A stretch of 35,919 nucleotides of DNA from a virus (taxonomy: Duplodnaviria > Caudoviricetes): positions 1 through 35,919 of IMG/VR virus record IMGVR_UViG_3300020045_005843. One strand, 5' to 3'. The notes beneath the pieces were generated by a model. That model saw only the letters and a program-made list of their open reading frames with translations, searched no databases and was not told the origin of the DNA. The translations under genes and the position numbers were made by a program. Shown here piece by piece: positions 32,247-35,919 of this stretch. Numbering within the stretch: the first letter of the stretch is position 1; each line of letters begins with the position of its first letter.

Positions 32247-35200
32247 GGTGTAATTGTAAAATCATAAGAAACCGCACCTGTCAATCCTGTCGAAACTACA
32301 ATATCAAAAGTAGTAGTTGTTTTGTTTTGCACCGAAAATAGAACAGCAGACAATGTATTAGTTGCTACTGGAACTGCTACATAATTAGTATTAGCCATTG
32401 TTTGACCTATCGGAACTGTAAAGCTGGTCGATGCGGTAGCAGTGGTTGAATACGTGCCTTTGAAAGTTGATCCAACGAAAGTTCCGCTAAAATTGCCTAT
32501 AAAAGTACCCTCTATTTGCTTGTCTGTATTCTGAACAATATTACCCGAAGCATTAGTTGACCAAAGCGAAGTTTCATCGATATACCAAATATCCGTACCT
32601 ATTTTTGTTAATTCAAAAGAACTTCCAAATCTCACAACATAGACTAAACTGGTAATTCCTGTAAAAGTAACTCCGCTACTTGGCGACAATGTCACATATC
32701 CCGCATTTCCTAAACTACAATTGATTCTTATTTTTGTACCAATTTGAAAAGGCACGGTTGAGTTATCAGGAACGATTACCGAGAAATTTTGATTAAAAGT
32801 TCCGTTGGTTGTAATTCTTGCGTTCGAATCAGATAACAGCAAAGTATATGGGCTTTGACCAGAACTTAACGAAACTTCTGAACCATAAACTGCACTTGCA
32901 ACAGAAGCAGTAGAGGTTTGAACAAAAGCAGTGTTGGCAATCGTGCCGTTATTTGTTCCAACAGGTTGTGTCGGTACTGTGCTTGTCTGCTCCACTTCAT
33001 CAGTAGTAGCGTTATAGGTCAAAAACAAGTAACTTCCTGCGCTGATTGTTGGGGTTGTGGTTAGTTTTAAAGTTCCGTAAATGGACGGACTGTATAGGCT
33101 TGGGTTTTTTGACTGTTGAAAACCATTGTTAAATTCACTTGAAATTATTTTAGCGATTGTCATATTCGAAATTCCACTCAAATCAGAATGCGGGTGCAAA
33201 TTATCTGGACAAAAGAAATTCAATCTGCTGTCTTTGTGAATCCAAGTGCCTACAGGATATATAAGAGATTCATCGGTATTTGTTAAAACTTGGTGCGGAT
33301 TAGCATAAGTTATGTAATCCGAATACGTCCAGTTTCTTTGCGGACTATAATCATTAGTTGAAAAAGTACCACCCCCTAAATCTGTAAAAGTATATCCGCT
33401 ATTTTGCCAAATGTAACTTGAGTTCCAATAACCTTGAGTGTTAATTGAAATCGAGTTTATCGTCATTAAATCAGCCAAAGAAACTAATGGTATTTGCCAA
33501 TAATCGGCTATTTTTCTCTGTGTATCGTATAACTTATCTAAATCAGGCTCCCCTTTTCTGTAATGCGTAATCATTACTATTTTGTTACGTGGGTCGGATT
33601 CGTAAATTTTTCTAATAATATAATTCATCGCTCCCGTATAGTACATTCTTTCAGTCGCAGAACCTTGCGCAGGAATATCTTGACCATCACTCATTGCAAT
33701 TTTAAACATATCGTTAAACCCGTGGTCTAATACGAATATTTTAGCTCCATCATTAGTTAAGTAATTTGCAATCAGCTTTCTTTCAAAAGAATAATCTCGA
33801 AGTTGCTCTTTTGTTTTTGGACAAGTTGAAGTCAAGCTTCCAGCATCTTGAAATTTAGTATAAATAGTCGCCCAGTTGTCAAAGATATAATCCTTTTCAG
33901 CTATTGTTTGAGATAAAGAGGAGTAAAAGCCAAAACTACCTTGTATGTTATTTCCAATACCTAAAGGGTCTGTCCCAGCATCATAAGCAGATGGTATTCC
34001 AGTTGAAATCCTCGAACCCCCAACACCCTCGTTAGATACGGTTGCACCTGTCAATTGAGCCACCATAGACGGGTACTTGTTTTGTCCAGTATAACCGTCA
34101 ATCGTAACACTATCAGGAGTTCCAGTAGGTATCGAAGTTCCAAACCAAGCAATATTTTGTCCTTTGAACGGTTGCGCTAATTTTTGTAAATTGTAATTAT
34201 CCGAATCACTAGAAATTATCTTTTCAAAAAATATATCAATATCTCCGCCATAACTTGCGCAATAAACGAACAAGGTTTCGCTGGTCGCCACTGCTGTTAA
34301 ATCAACAATATATTCAGTACCGACTACTGTTTCTAAATTAGTCCAAATACTTTGTTGATTGTTGTCCGCTGGTAAAGCATCTCTTAACTGAACGGTAAAA
34401 AAACCCGCTGCATTCCCAACATCGTTAGTTTTCATTTTAAACCTAAATCGATAAGAGTTACCAATTACCAAAGGTTCGGTCAAGGGTATCTTTAAATTAT
34501 CGTAAAGTACAATATCAGTTGGATTAATTGACATTATATCAACATAAGAAGTAGTTGAGTTTGGTTTTAAATAATCAGGTAATTGAGTCGTGTCTATCTC
34601 TGAATCTGAATTCAATCCAGCTATCCCGTTTGACGTGTTTTTGGCATTATTTACACCGTCAACAGTAACATACTTCAATCCCGTACCATCGATAGCTAAT
34701 GAGTTTTGTTTATTCGCTTTAACTTCATATTCTCCCGCCAAAACCGTAAAAGGCACTGGCAAAACTGTGCGAACTGGCGAACTTCCTCCAATTTGCAATT
34801 GATAAACAGGGTCTGAACCGCCAGCAATACGGTTAGCATAAGTTTTTGTAACAATTCTATCAGTCAAGGAAAATGCGCCATTATCCCAAACACCCGAAGC
34901 TGAAAATTCCGCATAAGTGCCGTTAACAACCTCTCCGCTTATACTAGAGGTACAAATCAAAGTTTCAGTTCCAACACTATCTCGGTGGTAAACTTCAAAG
35001 TAAAATTGTGCTGTCCCAGATCCGCTTACTTTTCGAATATTGCCGTAAGTCGTAACGTTAAAAACCCCAGGATTACCAGTTAGAACTCCAGCATCCGAAA
35101 TCCTTTGAGAAATCAATTGTGCCGTGCCTGTGATCGCCGGTGTAGATACGTTAACCGCTGTAGAATTATATCTTGGGTCGTGAATATCCTTGACCAAAAC

Positions 35201-35503
35201 TACATATCCACTCACGTCGCTCGTTATGGTTGTTGGATATAATGTTAAGTTGGCGGGTAGGTCTGAAATGTTTAGTTTTTTGTTAAGCGAATCTTGAACC
35301 GCAATCGAAACGGGTAAAGCCGTAGATGGAACCATTTTTACAAACGAATCAGAACCGTCATAAACCATTACGCTGTCCTCAACAGAACCTGTTGGAGGCA
35401 CTTTTAATAGTTTTATGTAGTTCAGGTTATTTGATGGCGAATACTGGGCATTTACTCCAATGCCTACAAACAACAATGTCAGAAATAAAATCAGTTTTTT
35501 CAT
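32243..35503 (-). CDS. Tail-fibre/spike-like protein with signal peptide and SGNH hydrolase domain
   Basis: MKKLILFLTLLFVGIGVNA|Q; SGNH blocks FGTSI, GVGGS, DHGFND, DNLHP; fibre repeat PTQPVGTNNGTIANTAFVQ; fibre-type domain YTLLLSD...VP.N..VPFQIGT.I...LTKIGTDIW. Confidence 0.85.
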   Translation of the reverse strand: MKKLILFLTLLFVGIGVNAQYSPSNNLNYIKLLKVPPTGSVEDSVMVYDGSDSFVKMVPSTALPVSIAVQDSLNKKLNISDLPANLTLYPTTITSDVSGYVVLVKDIHDPRYNSTAVNVSTPAITGTAQLISQRISDAGVLTGNPGVFNVTTYGNIRKVSGSGTAQFYFEVYHRDSVGTETLICTSSISGEVVNGTYAEFSASGVWDNGAFSLTDRIVTKTYANRIAGGSDPVYQLQIGGSSPVRTVLPVPFTVLAGEYEVKANKQNSLAIDGTGLKYVTVDGVNNAKNTSNGIAGLNSDSEIDTTQLPDYLKPNSTTSYVDIMSINPTDIVLYDNLKIPLTEPLVIGNSYRFRFKMKTNDVGNAAGFFTVQLRDALPADNNQQSIWTNLETVVGTEYIVDLTAVATSETLFVYCASYGGDIDIFFEKIISSDSDNYNLQKLAQPFKGQNIAWFGTSIPTGTPDSVTIDGYTGQNKYPSMVAQLTGATVSNEGVGGSRISTGIPSAYDAGTDPLGIGNNIQGSFGFYSSLSQTIAEKDYIFDNWATIYTKFQDAGSLTSTCPKTKEQLRDYSFERKLIANYLTNDGAKIFVLDHGFNDMFKIAMSDGQDIPAQGSATERMYYTGAMNYIIRKIYESDPRNKIVMITHYRKGEPDLDKLYDTQRKIADYWQIPLVSLADLMTINSISINTQGYWNSSYIWQNSGYTFTDLGGGTFSTNDYSPQRNWTYSDYITYANPHQVLTNTDESLIYPVGTWIHKDSRLNFFCPDNLHPHSDLSGISNMTIAKIISSEFNNGFQQSKNPSLYSPSIYGTLKLTTTPTISAGSYLFLTYNATTDEVEQTSTVPTQPVGTNNGTIANTAFVQTSTASVASAVYGSEVSLSSGQSPYTLLLSDSNARITTNGTFNQNFSVIVPDNSTVPFQIGTKIRINCSLGNAGYVTLSPSSGVTFTGITSLVYVVRFGSSFELTKIGTDIWYIDETSLWSTNASGNIVQNTDKQIEGTFIGNFSGTFVGSTFKGTYSTTATASTSFTVPIGQTMANTNYVAVPVATNTLSAVLFSVQNKTTTTFDIVVSTGLTGAVSYDFTITP
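34658..35323. repeat. Direct repeat copy 2 of the ~666-bp coding module
   Basis: See 119..784. Confidence 0.95.
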
Positions 35504-35536
35504 AATATTAATTCAAGTTTTTAAATTTTTGTAAAA

Positions 35537-35914
35537 TTACGGAATTAAAGCCACCCCGTAAGAACTCAACACCTCATAATTTGAAAAATTTTGGTCGCCT
35601 CCTAACAAAATGTATCTTCCTGCTTCCATAAATTCGGTATGGTCTGCGTTCCATCCTTGGCAAATATCGCCTAATTCAATATTCTCACTTGTGTTTTTCG
35701 TTCCGTTAAACCAACCTTTATGTTTTATAATAATTTTATCGGCTTGGTTTTTTGACGTTGCCGTGTTGAATTTAATAAAATCTTCTTTGGTCAAATACCC
35801 GTCCTGAATTGCCGTGGCTGGAGATATTGAAAATTGATTTGTAAAATTATTGTATTGCAGTGGCAAAACTGCCGAGACTCCCGAAGGTTCGGTTACAACA
35901 ATAGCTAAATTCAA
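35537..35914 (-). CDS. Hypothetical fibre-associated protein sharing a domain with 949..1476 (5' end uncertain at the window edge)
   Basis: DGYLTKEDFIKFN; HKG...N..NIELGDI...Y..GGD..SNY.VL. Confidence 0.6.
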   Translation of the reverse strand: MNLAIVVTEPSGVSAVLPLQYNNFTNQFSISPATAIQDGYLTKEDFIKFNTATSKNQADKIIIKHKGWFNGTKNTSENIELGDICQGWNADHTEFMEAGRYILLGGDQNFSNYEVLSSYGVALIP

Positions 35915-35919
35915 CTAAG

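Noticed and set aside
35915-35917. In-frame TAG just before the last ORF, suggesting stop-codon recoding
   Set aside because: TAG ends several clear genes (helicase, primase, SSB), and this codon is within the last bases of the window, where sequence may be unreliable.
1-35919. Numerous plus-strand ORFs and nested minus-strand ORFs in the track
   Set aside because: They are shadows of well-supported minus-strand genes, with no motifs or start signals.

Overview
Most of the genome of a tailed dsDNA phage (siphovirus-like), with every credible gene on the minus strand. The host is probably Bacteroidota/Flavobacteriia, inferred from TTGCA-N17-TAnnTTTG promoters, AT-rich SD-less start regions and Gln-ending signal peptides. 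Modules: head, portal and tail (949-14245); TerL/TerS (14236-16027); early small ORFs; replication (SNF2 helicase, C5-MTase, VRR-NUC, VirE primase-helicase, PolA, DUF2815 SSB, DUF2800 nuclease, XRE regulator); GH19 lysis cassette; and tail-fibre-like SGNH proteins. No integrase, CRISPR array or reverse transcriptase is visible. The most unusual items are outside the ORF track: (1) two ~60-nt truncated tRNA-like structures, one lacking the whole anticodon arm, bracketing a structured RNA just upstream of polA; (2) a perfect sigma-54 promoter driving a 25-aa peptide and a terminator; (3) a candidate sRNA in the late region complementary to the polA start region; (4) two colinear copies of an iteron-rich element bracketing the early/replication module; (5) a duplicated two-gene cassette whose tail-fibre-like esterases carry Sec-type signal peptides. 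All family calls come from motif recognition by eye; no searches were run.
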